A stretch of 64,000 nt of DNA from an uncultured delta proteobacterium (GTDB taxonomy: Bacteria; Myxococcota_A; UBA9160; UBA4427): assembly GCA_963822965.1 (NCBI GenBank), contig CAWGJT010000014.1:64001-128000 (forward strand), written 5' to 3'. Position numbers and translations under genes: made by a program. Positions 43,449 through 52,153 of this stretch are shown piece after piece; positions within the stretch are counted from its first letter, which is position 1; every line of letters starts with the position of its first letter. The notes below the pieces were generated by a model. It was not told where the DNA came from. It saw only the letters and a list, made by a program, of their open reading frames with translations, and searched no databases.

Positions 43449-43886
43449 ATGGAACGAGTCGATGCTCTCGAGTTCATTCGGCACCGCCGACCGTCGTGCA
43501 CACTCCGACTGTCGCGGTTTCTCAGACATGCCGATGTTCGGTTGTCGCACGCCGACTTGGCGTCCGCCAACCTTGCCGGAACGAATCTTGCCGGCGTTGA
43601 TCTCCATGCATCCAATCTCGCTGAGTCGATTCTCCGCGGTGCCGATCTCTCGGCGGTGTCCTTCCGCCGCTGCAATCTTCGCGGCGCCGACCTCACGGGT
43701 GCCGTCCTGTGTGGGGCTGACCTCCGTGCTGCGAACTTGCGGGAGGCGGTGCTCTGCGGCGCCGATCTCATGGGCGCCCGTCTTGCTCTGGCGAGCCTCC
43801 GGGGCGCGCGGGCAGACGCTTGCACTCGCTGGCCGGAGGGATTCGTTTCGGAGGGGCGCGGCGTCATCATCGAAGGGGCCGTCTAA
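43449..43886 (+). CDS. Cassette 3: pentapeptide repeat protein
   Basis: Many A(D/N)Lxx repeats, C-terminal TRWPEGF; stop codon inside GTCTAAC. Confidence 0.85.
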   Translation: MERVDALEFIRHRRPSCTLRLSRFLRHADVRLSHADLASANLAGTNLAGVDLHASNLAESILRGADLSAVSFRRCNLRGADLTGAVLCGADLRAANLREAVLCGADLMGARLALASLRGARADACTRWPEGFVSEGRGVIIEGAV

Positions 43887-44251
43887 CAAGCCGCTGAAGC
43901 TGGCGGCCGCGGGCCTTTAGCGCGACGCGGTCTTGAGGGTGTGGAAGAAGCTCTCGACTACGGCATTGTCGGCGCAGCGGCCGGGCTTGCTGACACTGCA
44001 GTGCATCTCGAAGGGGTCGAGCCTGCCCCGGTACTCGGTGCTGAGGTAGACGCTGCCGCGATCGGTGTGGTGGACGAGTCCGGGCTGCGGCTGGCGGGCT
44101 GCGACGGCGCGATCGAAGGCTTCGAGGGCGAGTTGCTGCCGCGTATGGCTCGCGGTGGCGCAGCCGACGACCTTGCGCGAGAAGAAGTCGAGCAAGACGA
44201 GCGTTGGCGGTCAGCGCTGTTGGGCGCAGCTGAGCCGCCAGTCCGTTAGCC
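43881..44251 (+). repeat. attC3, split: left arm 43881-43915 and right arm about 44205-44251
   Basis: GTCTAACAAGCCGCTGAAGCTG left arm; GCAGCTGAGCCGCCAGTCCGTTAGCC right arm; an IS3 fragment lies between them. Confidence 0.65.
43917..44200 (-). pseudogene. IS3-family transposase internal fragment (integrase core)
   Basis: LDFFSRKVVG..HHTDRGSVY..S.PG.C.DNAVVESFFHTLK; N- and C-terminal parts and IRs are absent. Confidence 0.85.
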
Positions 44252-44272
44252 GGCAGGCGGTATGTCGAGGTC

Positions 44273-44716
44273 GTGGAAGATCTTCCGCGCGAGGTGCCGA
44301 TCGTGCGGCTCTGCATCGACGCCGGGATAGCCCTCGCGATCTCTGCGGCAAGCGCATACGCTGGCTACCAAGTAGGTGGCCGCGTTGGCTTTGTTTTGGG
44401 CTTCGGCGCTGGTTCAGTGTCCGCCGAGACGAACAACGCTGCGCCGACGACCTTCGCGCCAAGAGCCATCCGCGATGGAGAGCTGGAGCGTGGTGTATCC
44501 CTTCTGGAGCAGTCCGTGGACGGCGCGACTCTGGCCTACCGGGGCTACCTCTACGCCGGAGACTCGGACTTCGACCAGTCGCATGTGGTTACCAAGTCGC
44601 ACGAGGTCATGCGCCGAGTCGCCGAGTATCGAGAGTCCTACCCGCCCGTATCGTCGGATTCGGGCGTCCTCGACTCTATCCACGAGGCTCTCACTTCCGT
44701 TCGCGATCACCCGTAA
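44273..44716 (+). CDS. Cassette 4: hypothetical membrane/secreted protein
   Basis: ORF between core GTTAGCC and R'' GCTCAAC; hydrophobic N-terminus. Confidence 0.6.
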   Translation: MEDLPREVPIVRLCIDAGIALAISAASAYAGYQVGGRVGFVLGFGAGSVSAETNNAAPTTFAPRAIRDGELERGVSLLEQSVDGATLAYRGYLYAGDSDFDQSHVVTKSHEVMRRVAEYRESYPPVSSDSGVLDSIHEALTSVRDHP

Positions 44717-44721
44717 CTGCC

Positions 44722-44884
44722 GCTCAACAAGCCGCCGCAGCAGACGAGCGCCCTGTCGGGCTGTTTGCGGGGCGCGTCGCCCGTATGGGCTATCGCCCAT
44801 CGGCCGGCTTGGGGTAGGTTGGCGCTCTGTGGAGTCAACCTACTTCGGGGCTGGCGCTCCCAGCCGAACGCCGGTGCGGTAGGC
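44722..44884 (+). repeat. attC4 (degenerate)
   Basis: R'' GCTCAAC-AAGCCGCCGCAGC ... GCCGAACGCCGGTGC-GGTAGGC (R' mutated from GTT to GGT). Confidence 0.6.
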
Positions 44885-44912
44885 GACAGCAAGCGGACAG
44901 AGGCGTTCAATC

Positions 44913-45749
44913 ATGGATAGTGTCCTGATGCTGGTGTGGTTCGTGTTGACGGGTCTCTCCGTTGTCTTCGTCAGCGTTGATATCCGAGGCACGCCGGCGC
45001 ATCCGGTCCTCAAGTGGGCCTTCGTGATCCTCGCGCTGTTTGCCGGTCCGGTTGCCGCCCTTTTGTACATCCTTGGGTGCCGCGACCCGCTCACGGGAAC
45101 TCACGAGGCGTTTGTGGCGGCTCGCTGGCGCCAGGTACTCGGGTCGACCATGCACTGTGCTGCCGGAGATGGCCTTGGAATCATCACGGGGGCCGCGATC
45201 GCAGCTCATTGGCGCTTGCCCGCGTGGGCTGACCTGTCCCTTGAATACGCCCTGGGTTTTGGGTTTGGCTGGGTGGTCTTCCAGGCCTTTGCGATGCGCG
45301 AGATGGCAGGTGGCTCCTATCTGCGCTCGCTGCGGCAGACCTTCTTGCCCGAGTTTCTTTCCATGAATCTGCTGATGGCGGGCATGGTGGTAACCAAGCG
45401 CTTGCTCATGCCGCACATTGACGGCAGTGTCGATCCGCTGGCCGCGGGGTTTTGGTTTGTCATGTCGATGTCCCTCATTGCCGGCTTCATCCTTGCCTAT
45501 CCGATCAACTGGTGGCTCGTTGCGAACGGCCTCAAGCACGGCATGATCACCGTACGGCCGGCCCGCCAGCCCTCGCGTCGCTCGCCAGCGCCGAGAGCCG
45601 AAGAGCCATCGCACACTCAGCCAGGTTCCAGTCACGGCGACCACACCACGGTGGCAGGCACTTCGATCGCCGCGAAAGCAGGCATGACGATTCTCTCGAC
45701 CGCAAGTCTGGTGGCCGGCATCGCGCTGGCCAACTGGATCAGTCGCTAA
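44913..45749 (+). CDS. Cassette 5: DUF4396 membrane protein
   Basis: STMHCAAGDGLG, EYALGF.FG..FQ and AYPINWWLV..GLKHGM motifs. Confidence 0.8.
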   Translation: MDSVLMLVWFVLTGLSVVFVSVDIRGTPAHPVLKWAFVILALFAGPVAALLYILGCRDPLTGTHEAFVAARWRQVLGSTMHCAAGDGLGIITGAAIAAHWRLPAWADLSLEYALGFGFGWVVFQAFAMREMAGGSYLRSLRQTFLPEFLSMNLLMAGMVVTKRLLMPHIDGSVDPLAAGFWFVMSMSLIAGFILAYPINWWLVANGLKHGMITVRPARQPSRRSPAPRAEEPSHTQPGSSHGDHTTVAGTSIAAKAGMTILSTASLVAGIALANWISR

Positions 45750-45787
45750 GAGGACTCCTTGATGGCCCGCGTAGCCGCAACGCTGTC

Positions 45788-45829
45788 GCCTGACACGCCG
45801 ATGAAGCTGACGGTCGCCTGCGGCGCCCG
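45788..45829 (+). repeat. attC5 left half only
   Basis: GCCTGAC-ACGCCGATGAAGCTGACGGTCGCCTGCGGCGCCCG, then the sequence breaks off. Confidence 0.6.
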
Positions 45830-46006
45830 AAGTACCGAGGCGGAATCCACTTCCCCAATCAACCGGACCGGTACTACACCTTCCCGTCGCTCTGGGTGGA
45901 TCTGCCAGTGTTCGGCATTCCGAAGTATCCGCTACCTGACTCTGTCCCCACCTCCACCTGGGGAAGCCACATCGTCTTCTTGTACGACGGAAAGCCCGTT
46001 CAGTAG
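45830..46006 (+). pseudogene. 3' remnant of a deleted cassette gene
   Basis: Frame KYRGGIHFPNQPDRYYTFPSLWVDLPVFGIPKY...IVFLYDGKPVQ* ends 8 nt before R'' GCCCAAC. Confidence 0.55.
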
Positions 46007-46014
46007 CGCAGGCT

Positions 46015-46060
46015 GCCCAACGAGGCTGTCTAGCGAAGCGGAGCGCCCAGTCCGGTGGAC
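46015..46060 (+). repeat. Internally deleted attC
   Basis: GCCCAAC ... GCGGAGCGCCCAGTCC-GGTGGAC; only 46 bp long. Confidence 0.5.
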
Positions 46061-46075
46061 GGCGGGAGGTGGCGA

Positions 46076-46591
46076 GTGAGCCGAATCGTCCAGACGAGTC
46101 GTCCGGCAGCACCCGGCTACTTCGAAGCGGCTGACGAAGGCCAGGGTCTCCTCGATTGGAGCACCGCCGAGCGGCGGCTGATCGCTGCACGCAACTACTG
46201 GGTTGCGACGGCGTCCGCGGCAGCGGTTCCCCATGCAATGCCGGTCTGGGGCGTGTGGCTCGACGGTCGCTTTCTCTTCAGCACGGGGCCAGGTACCCGA
46301 AAGGCGCGGAACATTGCGAGCAATGCGCGTGCAGTGGTCCATCTCGAGAGCGGAGCACAGGTCGTCGTCGTCGAGGGAGTCGCCCGCCAGGTATCCGATG
46401 CCAAAGTGATCGAGTCCTTCGTTTCTGCGTACAACCCGAAGTATGGCTGGAGCTTCACCGACGCAGATCTGAGTTCGGGCGAGCTGTTCGAGGTGCGCCC
46501 GCTGCAGGCATTTGCGTGGCTCGGAGACGAAGGGGCCGATTTCTCGGCAGCCGGCACGCGATGGGTCTTCGAGAATCCGTCCGCCGTCTGA
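46076..46591 (+). CDS. Cassette: pyridoxamine 5'-phosphate oxidase-like (PPOX) protein
   Basis: NYWVAT..PHAMPVWGVW..F.T..KARNI..N..VHLE..VVVEG..Y..KY pattern. Confidence 0.85.
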   Translation: MSRIVQTSRPAAPGYFEAADEGQGLLDWSTAERRLIAARNYWVATASAAAVPHAMPVWGVWLDGRFLFSTGPGTRKARNIASNARAVVHLESGAQVVVVEGVARQVSDAKVIESFVSAYNPKYGWSFTDADLSSGELFEVRPLQAFAWLGDEGADFSAAGTRWVFENPSAV

Positions 46592-46714
46592 CGAGGCGCT
46601 GCAGACGGACGTGGCACGCGATCCAATCTCGATCGTGGTAGGATCGCAGAGCCCGAGGCGTCCGGGAGCAGCCCGACAGATCGCCGCACGCGGCTGAGCG
46701 CCGATCCGTTGGGC
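46586..46714 (+). repeat. attC6 (near intact, similar to attC2)
   Basis: R'' GTCTGAC; GGCGCTGCAG / GCTGAGCGCC arms; GATCC-GTTGGGC R'. Confidence 0.8.
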
Positions 46715-46729
46715 CGCGGGAGCCACTCG

Positions 46730-47209
46730 ATGAAGGTCCGAGACGCCAGACCAGAAGACGCCGCCGATGTGGCCAGACTGTCCTTGGAGCTTGCCGAGGT
46801 GTTGCGTCGTGTCGGCAATCCCGTCGGCGCAGCCCTCCGCGAAGCAGATCTTCTTCGAGATGCGTACGGTCCCGACCCAGTTCTCGGTCTGCTCGTGGCC
46901 GAGATCGACGATGCGATCGTTGGGTACCTGCTGCACCATCCGTCCTATGACCCCGATCTTGGGGGTCGTGTCGCTACGGTCGTCGATCTGTGTGTCTCGG
47001 AGCGCGCTCGGCGGCGTGGCGTGGGCCGCGCTCTCATGAATGCCGCAATCGAGCGTTGCTCTGGGGCCGGCGGACACGCCCTGGTTTGGTGGGTGCGGCC
47101 AAGCAATCGAGACGCCGTCGCCTTCTACGAGCAGCTGGGCGCAAGTGTCGACTCGGGTCCCGTGTGCATGCATCTGCAGGTTGCGCGCGGGCCGGACAGG
47201 AGGGGATGA
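46730..47209 (+). CDS. Last cassette: GNAT N-acetyltransferase
   Basis: VRDARPED, L.V....RRRGVGRALM and N..A..FYEQLG motifs; no attC seen downstream. Confidence 0.85.
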   Translation: MKVRDARPEDAADVARLSLELAEVLRRVGNPVGAALREADLLRDAYGPDPVLGLLVAEIDDAIVGYLLHHPSYDPDLGGRVATVVDLCVSERARRRGVGRALMNAAIERCSGAGGHALVWWVRPSNRDAVAFYEQLGASVDSGPVCMHLQVARGPDRRG

Positions 47210-47362
47210 GAAGGCCAGTCTCCTGGTCCTCGCGCGGAGGGATCCGATGCCGAGCCAAGATCCTCATTTCCCCCGAAGACGAGCCCTGCGGCGGTCGTGG
47301 ATACCCTTGCAGACGCACTCCTCCTTCGCGGGCTCGCAGCCATGGAGGCCGAGAAGGGAACA

Positions 47363-47857
47363 ATGACGGTCGCGGTCAACGGCATCGCCCACATCCATCT
47401 GACGGTGAACGACCCGGAGCGTTGTGTTCCGTTCTGGGAAAAGCTGTGCCACTTCCTCGAAATGAAGACGCTGTTGCGAAGCGAGGATTCGCTGTACTGC
47501 ATCGGGAGTCGCACCGGCATCCTGATTCGAGCCGCGCCTCCAGAGAAGCGAGGCCGGTCGTTCGATCAGGATACCGTCGGGCTGCATCACCTCTGCTTCC
47601 GGGCCCGGAGCGTCGAAGACATCGATGCGATCGCGAAGTTCGTGACCGAGGAATTGAAGGCCAGGGTCGTTCACCCGCCGCAGGCGGGAGAGCAGTTCGC
47701 GCCCGGCTACTACTCGTTCCTGTTCGAAGACCCGGACGGCATTCGGGTCGAGGTCAACTTCGTGCCGGGCCAGGGCCATCTGGGCCAGGGGGGGCGACTC
47801 GGGCCGGGGGGACGAGGCCCGGCCGGCTCCTACGGCAGCGAGGGGTTCGGCGACTAG
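47363..47857 (+). CDS. VOC family protein
   Basis: GIAHIHLTV, GLHHLCFRA and YYSFLFEDPDGIRVEV motifs. Confidence 0.88.
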   Translation: MTVAVNGIAHIHLTVNDPERCVPFWEKLCHFLEMKTLLRSEDSLYCIGSRTGILIRAAPPEKRGRSFDQDTVGLHHLCFRARSVEDIDAIAKFVTEELKARVVHPPQAGEQFAPGYYSFLFEDPDGIRVEVNFVPGQGHLGQGGRLGPGGRGPAGSYGSEGFGD

Positions 47858-48221
47858 GAGGGCGAGCCGACCCATTCCGGGTCGGCCTGCTGGAGCCGCC
47901 AAGGCGACGAACGAACGAGCCGACACACTGGGTTTCGGGATCGAACGCACTGCAAGCACTGCGGATTCCAGGGTCGGTTCCCCCTGCGACACCCGCTCGT
48001 TTCACCAGAATCCCGGGGCCGGCTGGCGTGCGGGTCGAGTTGCCGCCCGGATGAGGAGCGAGGCGTGGTACAGTGGGGCTCGATCGACCTTGGCCATCCA
48101 CCGGGCATCGAGCCTCTGTGCCTCTGTGCCTCTGCGAGGGGGAGCGGTCTGCGCCAGACCGCCGAGCGCCGGGGCCGTTGCGCGGCTCACGGCACGGAGT
48201 CGCTGCAGGAAATTGGACAGG

Positions 48222-48728
48222 ATGTTCTCTAGAAAGACCGCCTTCGTCACGGCTCTCGCGGTCCTGCTGTCGGCCCAGGTCGCCTCGTCCGAGGATGGCT
48301 TCATGTACGTGGAAGGCCATGTCTTCGACGCAAGATCGCTCAGGCCAGTTCCAGGCGTGCAGCTGTCCGCCCTCGCGCCGCTCGATTCGGTCTGCACGCC
48401 CGAGGGCGGATGCCCTCCGATCGCGCGCTCTGCGACCGACCAGAACGGCTTCTTCCAGCTCCTCATTCGGGACGCCGACTCGCTTCGCTCGGAGGCGATC
48501 TTCGTTCAGGCGCTCTGTGTCATTCCGGATGCCGATGGGGAGCCCATCGCCGCTGGCGCGGGCTCGGCCGAGGCGCGTCCGGTGGAGGCCGAGCGGATCC
48601 TCAGGCGAGACATCTACATCCGGCTCCCCCGACGCTTCGATCGGCGGACCGGGTGCGATCCCTCGGTCTTGCCACCCCCCGCCGCGGTTCCGGTGATGAC
48701 ACCCCCGCCCGATCTCCTGCCTCGGTAG
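48222..48728 (+). CDS. Hypothetical secreted protein (carboxypeptidase-regulatory-like beta domain)
   Basis: Signal peptide; V.G.V.D....PVPGV and TDQNGFF motifs. Confidence 0.55.
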   Translation: MFSRKTAFVTALAVLLSAQVASSEDGFMYVEGHVFDARSLRPVPGVQLSALAPLDSVCTPEGGCPPIARSATDQNGFFQLLIRDADSLRSEAIFVQALCVIPDADGEPIAAGAGSAEARPVEAERILRRDIYIRLPRRFDRRTGCDPSVLPPPAAVPVMTPPPDLLPR

Positions 48729-48758
48729 GCGCCGATCGGGTCTGGTAGCGTTCCGCTG

Positions 48759-49676
48759 GTGACGCGACGGCCGCTGCGAATCGGAATCTCTCTCTCGAGC
48801 GCCCAGCCGCTCGCATCGGATCGCGACGCTCCGCGTTGGGTCATCGAGCGAGCACGGGCGGCGAGCCGCGCGGGCCTGTCGATGCTGTGCCTGGGTGATC
48901 ATCACAGCACCGGCCGCGTACCGTATGTCCAGAACGTGCCGATGATCGGCCGTCTCCTGGCCGAATGGGACGACCGTCCGATCGGCTGCCTCTTCCTGGC
49001 CCCCCTCTGGAATCCGGTGCTGATGGCGGAGCAGATCGGAACCCTGGCCGCCATGGCCGAAGGGCCGTTCGTCGTCCAGACCGGGCTCGGCGGCCGAGGT
49101 CTGCTTCGCAAGATGGGGGTGACGGTGCCTCATCGGGGTCGGCGCCTGGAAGCCACGATCCTCGCGGTCCAGGCCCTGCTCGCCGGCGAACGCGTCACGT
49201 CGGCGGAGCTGGGGATCGAGAACGCCGCGATTGCGCCTCGTCCCGATCGGCCCGTCGAGTGGTGGATCGGCGCAGTGAGCGAGGTCGCGATGGATCGGGC
49301 AGCGCGTCTCGGAACGGGTTGGTATGCGGATGGCAATGTTCCTGCGTCGGTTTGCCGAGCCCAGATCGAGACGTATCTCGCGGTGTGCGACCGGCACGGC
49401 AAGGAGCCCGGAACCATGGCTGTGCGGAAGGACGTGTTCATCGCGGACGAAGACGCACACGCCACGAAGCGCGGTCAGGCGCTCATCGACGCCGGCTACC
49501 GGGGAATGGATCGGGAGTCCGTCGCCTTCGGGAGCCCCGAGCACGTTGCCGAGCAGCTGGCGCTCTACGCCGAGATCGGCTTCACCGACGTCGTCATCCG
49601 AACGATGACCGTTCCGCAGCCCGAGGCCGTCCGGTCCATCGAGCTGGCGGGCAAGGTGGCCGAGCTGCTCTCGTAG
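48759..49676 (+). CDS. LLM-class flavin-dependent oxidoreductase
   Basis: GDHH, P.WNPV.MAEQ.GTL, WIGA...A.DRAARLG and GSPE.VAE motifs. Confidence 0.85.
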   Translation: MTRRPLRIGISLSSAQPLASDRDAPRWVIERARAASRAGLSMLCLGDHHSTGRVPYVQNVPMIGRLLAEWDDRPIGCLFLAPLWNPVLMAEQIGTLAAMAEGPFVVQTGLGGRGLLRKMGVTVPHRGRRLEATILAVQALLAGERVTSAELGIENAAIAPRPDRPVEWWIGAVSEVAMDRAARLGTGWYADGNVPASVCRAQIETYLAVCDRHGKEPGTMAVRKDVFIADEDAHATKRGQALIDAGYRGMDRESVAFGSPEHVAEQLALYAEIGFTDVVIRTMTVPQPEAVRSIELAGKVAELLS

Positions 49677-49707
49677 CCGCGATCACGGCCGCCGGGGAGG
49701 GGATCGG

Positions 49708-50124
49708 ATGTTGAGGGGATCCTGCGCGTGTGGTCGGGTGCGCTACGAGATCCGCGGCCCGCTCATCGGGCCGGTCACCTACTGCCACTGCTGGCGGTGC
49801 CGCAAGCACTCCGGGTCGAGCTTCGGCACCACGGCGGGAGTCCGCGAGGCCGATCTCGTCGTGGTTGCCGGGGAGCAGCTGCTCCGGAGCTGGGAGTCGA
49901 GCCCCGGGGTGCACCGCTTCTTCGCCGGGTGCTGCGGCTCTCCGATCTACAAGCGCGGCGATGAAATGCCCGGCGTTCTCGGCTTTCGCCTGGGCACGCT
50001 CGACTCCGATCCTCTCCGCAGAGCAGACATGCACTTCATGGTCGGCTCGAAGGTCCCATGGCTGGAGATCCACGACGATCTCCCGCAGGAGCCCGGGGGC
50101 GTGCCGTTCGGGGAACGCGACTAG
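49708..50124 (+). CDS. GFA family protein
   Basis: GSCACGRVRY, CHCWRCRK and CGSP motifs. Confidence 0.9.
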   Translation: MLRGSCACGRVRYEIRGPLIGPVTYCHCWRCRKHSGSSFGTTAGVREADLVVVAGEQLLRSWESSPGVHRFFAGCCGSPIYKRGDEMPGVLGFRLGTLDSDPLRRADMHFMVGSKVPWLEIHDDLPQEPGGVPFGERD

Positions 50125-50241
50125 AAGCCCCAGGAGCGAGTGCAGGCACCGACTCCGGGTCGTAGGACAATCTCGGTCTGGTAGCCTCTCCGCATCGACC
50201 CCGCGTGCCGAGCGACTGCCGGTGACCTGGCCGCGGCCGCC

Positions 50242-50733
50242 GTGTGCCGGGTCGCCCAGGTGGCTGGCTTGCAGACCTTCGTGGAGAGCATCGAGATCGA
50301 CGCCCAGCGGGAACGGGTGTGGCGCGCGCTCTGCGTTCCCGCGGAGGTCGTCTGCTGGGACACGGGAATCGTCGAGCCGCTCGACGCGCCGCCCGACTAT
50401 CCTCGCCCCGGGCAGTACGTCCGGTGGCGCTACCGCCTCGGCCCGCTGCCGCTCATCCTTCACGATCGCCCGACCGAGGTGGAGCCCGCCTCGATCCTGC
50501 GTTCCTCCATCCGCCTGGGCCCCTTCGACTTCGACGAGACCTACACGCTCCGTGACCAGGGGACCGGAGCCACGCGCCTGACGGCCGAGCTGTCGGTGAC
50601 GAGTGCGGTTCCCGGCTTCGGCCGCCTGTTGGAGCGGGTCGTGGGCCGCCCCCTCGCGCGCTCCACGGTGCGCGCCTCGCTGGCGGCCATCAAGCATCAC
50701 TGCGAGCGAGGTCCTTCGGATCGGGGCAGCTGA
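50242..50733 (+). CDS. SRPBCC family protein
   Basis: SIEIDA..ERVW and L..IK..CE patterns; start codon uncertain. Confidence 0.7.
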   Translation: MCRVAQVAGLQTFVESIEIDAQRERVWRALCVPAEVVCWDTGIVEPLDAPPDYPRPGQYVRWRYRLGPLPLILHDRPTEVEPASILRSSIRLGPFDFDETYTLRDQGTGATRLTAELSVTSAVPGFGRLLERVVGRPLARSTVRASLAAIKHHCERGPSDRGS

Positions 50734-50826
50734 CCCGGACGAGAGCCTTCCTTGCAGCGGGACGCCGGGCTCGTTCCGATCCAGGTGGGGTAGCCTGCTG
50801 GCCGGCCCGGCGCACCGGAGGAGAGG

Positions 50827-51420
50827 ATGCACATGGTCGGCCTGCGGCGGCCTTCCGCCGCCGAGATCGAGGTGCTGCTGGGCTCGGGCGCTTCTCGACT
50901 CAGCTATCCGGAGGTGGGGGCCAGCGCGGAGATCGATTCGGTCTCGGCGCGAGCGGCCCTGGCCCCCCGATACGACGTCGACCTGCACGAGCTCGTCCTC
51001 GGCAAGGGGCGCGGGCGCTTCCAGCGCGCCCGATCGGCCCTCCTCGCCTGGCGGCAGTTCGAGATCCCCTGGCTCGAGCTCCACGGTGCGGGCCCCGTCG
51101 AGCCGGGACGCAACGTGGCCACCCTCGTCTCCCTGGCGGGGCTCTGGTTCCTGAGCCCGTGCCAGGTCGTCTACGCGGAGATCCACGAGAACGAGAATTC
51201 GGTCGCGTATGCCTACGGCACCCTGGACGGTCACCCCGAATCCGGAGAAGAACGCTTCGCGGTGTCGATCGACCCGACGACCGACGAGGTCCGCTACCAG
51301 GTGTCGGCCTTCTCCCGGCCCGCGAGGTTCTTCTCGCGGCTCGGCTACCCCTTCGTGCGCCGGCTTCAGAAGAGGTTCGCGGTCGCGTCGGCACGGGCTC
51401 TCGAGAGGGCCTCCACCTGA
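50827..51420 (+). CDS. DUF1990 family protein
   Basis: SYPEVGA, LG.G...F.RA...L..W, YGTL.GHPESGEERF and AFSRP motifs. Confidence 0.85.
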   Translation: MHMVGLRRPSAAEIEVLLGSGASRLSYPEVGASAEIDSVSARAALAPRYDVDLHELVLGKGRGRFQRARSALLAWRQFEIPWLELHGAGPVEPGRNVATLVSLAGLWFLSPCQVVYAEIHENENSVAYAYGTLDGHPESGEERFAVSIDPTTDEVRYQVSAFSRPARFFSRLGYPFVRRLQKRFAVASARALERAST

Positions 51421-51467
51421 GCTCGGTGTCGCGGGGACGGAGCTCCGACGCGCCGGATCGTGGTAGC

Positions 51468-51785
51468 ATGAGGCCCGCCGATCGCACCCGTCGGAGCGCC
51501 AGCGTGGCCGAGCCCGGGAAATCCACCAAGATGCGTCGGAGAGCCGGGCTCCAGCGGATCGCCGGCCTTCTGGACGAGCTTCGCGCCCTCGGCGAGCTGC
51601 GAGAGGTGCGGCCCGGCACCTTCATGCACGGGTCCTGTCCCCTTCTACACTTCCACTACCCTCCCGACGGCCGGATCGTCGCCGATGTCCGGCTCTCGGA
51701 TGGCAGCGTCCGCCGCTTCGACGTGTCCGACGAAGGGGGACGGCAGGAGGTCCTCTCGGTGATCGAGGGCTGTCTGGAGCGGTAG
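51468..51785 (+). CDS. Small hypothetical protein
   Basis: L.E..PG.F....LLHFH...IVADVR pattern; start may be 51531. Confidence 0.55.
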   Translation: MRPADRTRRSASVAEPGKSTKMRRRAGLQRIAGLLDELRALGELREVRPGTFMHGSCPLLHFHYPPDGRIVADVRLSDGSVRRFDVSDEGGRQEVLSVIEGCLER

Positions 51786-52153
51786 TCGGAGGACGCCGTG
51801 CGGGCCACGGAGTCGATCTCCCAGATCACCCATGCGCTGAACGATGCGAGCCGGTTCTCCCCCAACCACCCGAACTGTGGAACGACGTGCGTCGTCACGC
51901 TGTATCTGGGCGAGAAGGAGCTTCCGGCCATGGCTGATTGGCACTGCCTCCGGCCCGAGAACGAGGCCCTGATTGTTTTCTACTCGAACGTGACCTGGGG
52001 TCTCCATCTCGCTACCTACCGTTCCAGGGGTCTGGGCAGGGCCATCGACCGTGCCGTCATGAAGCCGACATCGGCGGCAGAGCGTCGAGCTGTGAGCATG
52101 CCGGGATCGTCGGCCGTCGAGGCGGAGGAGAGAAGAAAGAAAGGAGAGCATGG

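Larger units (their letters stand above)
40671..47209 (+). mobile_element. Integron gene-cassette array with no integrase in the window (CALIN-like)
   Basis: Same-strand short ORFs each followed by RYYYAAC...GTTRRRY palindromic sites; cassette starts are complementary to their own R'' ends. Confidence 0.9.

Noticed and set aside
43449..43886. Calling the pentapeptide cassette qnr
   Set aside because: It is much shorter than Qnr proteins and shows only generic repeats.
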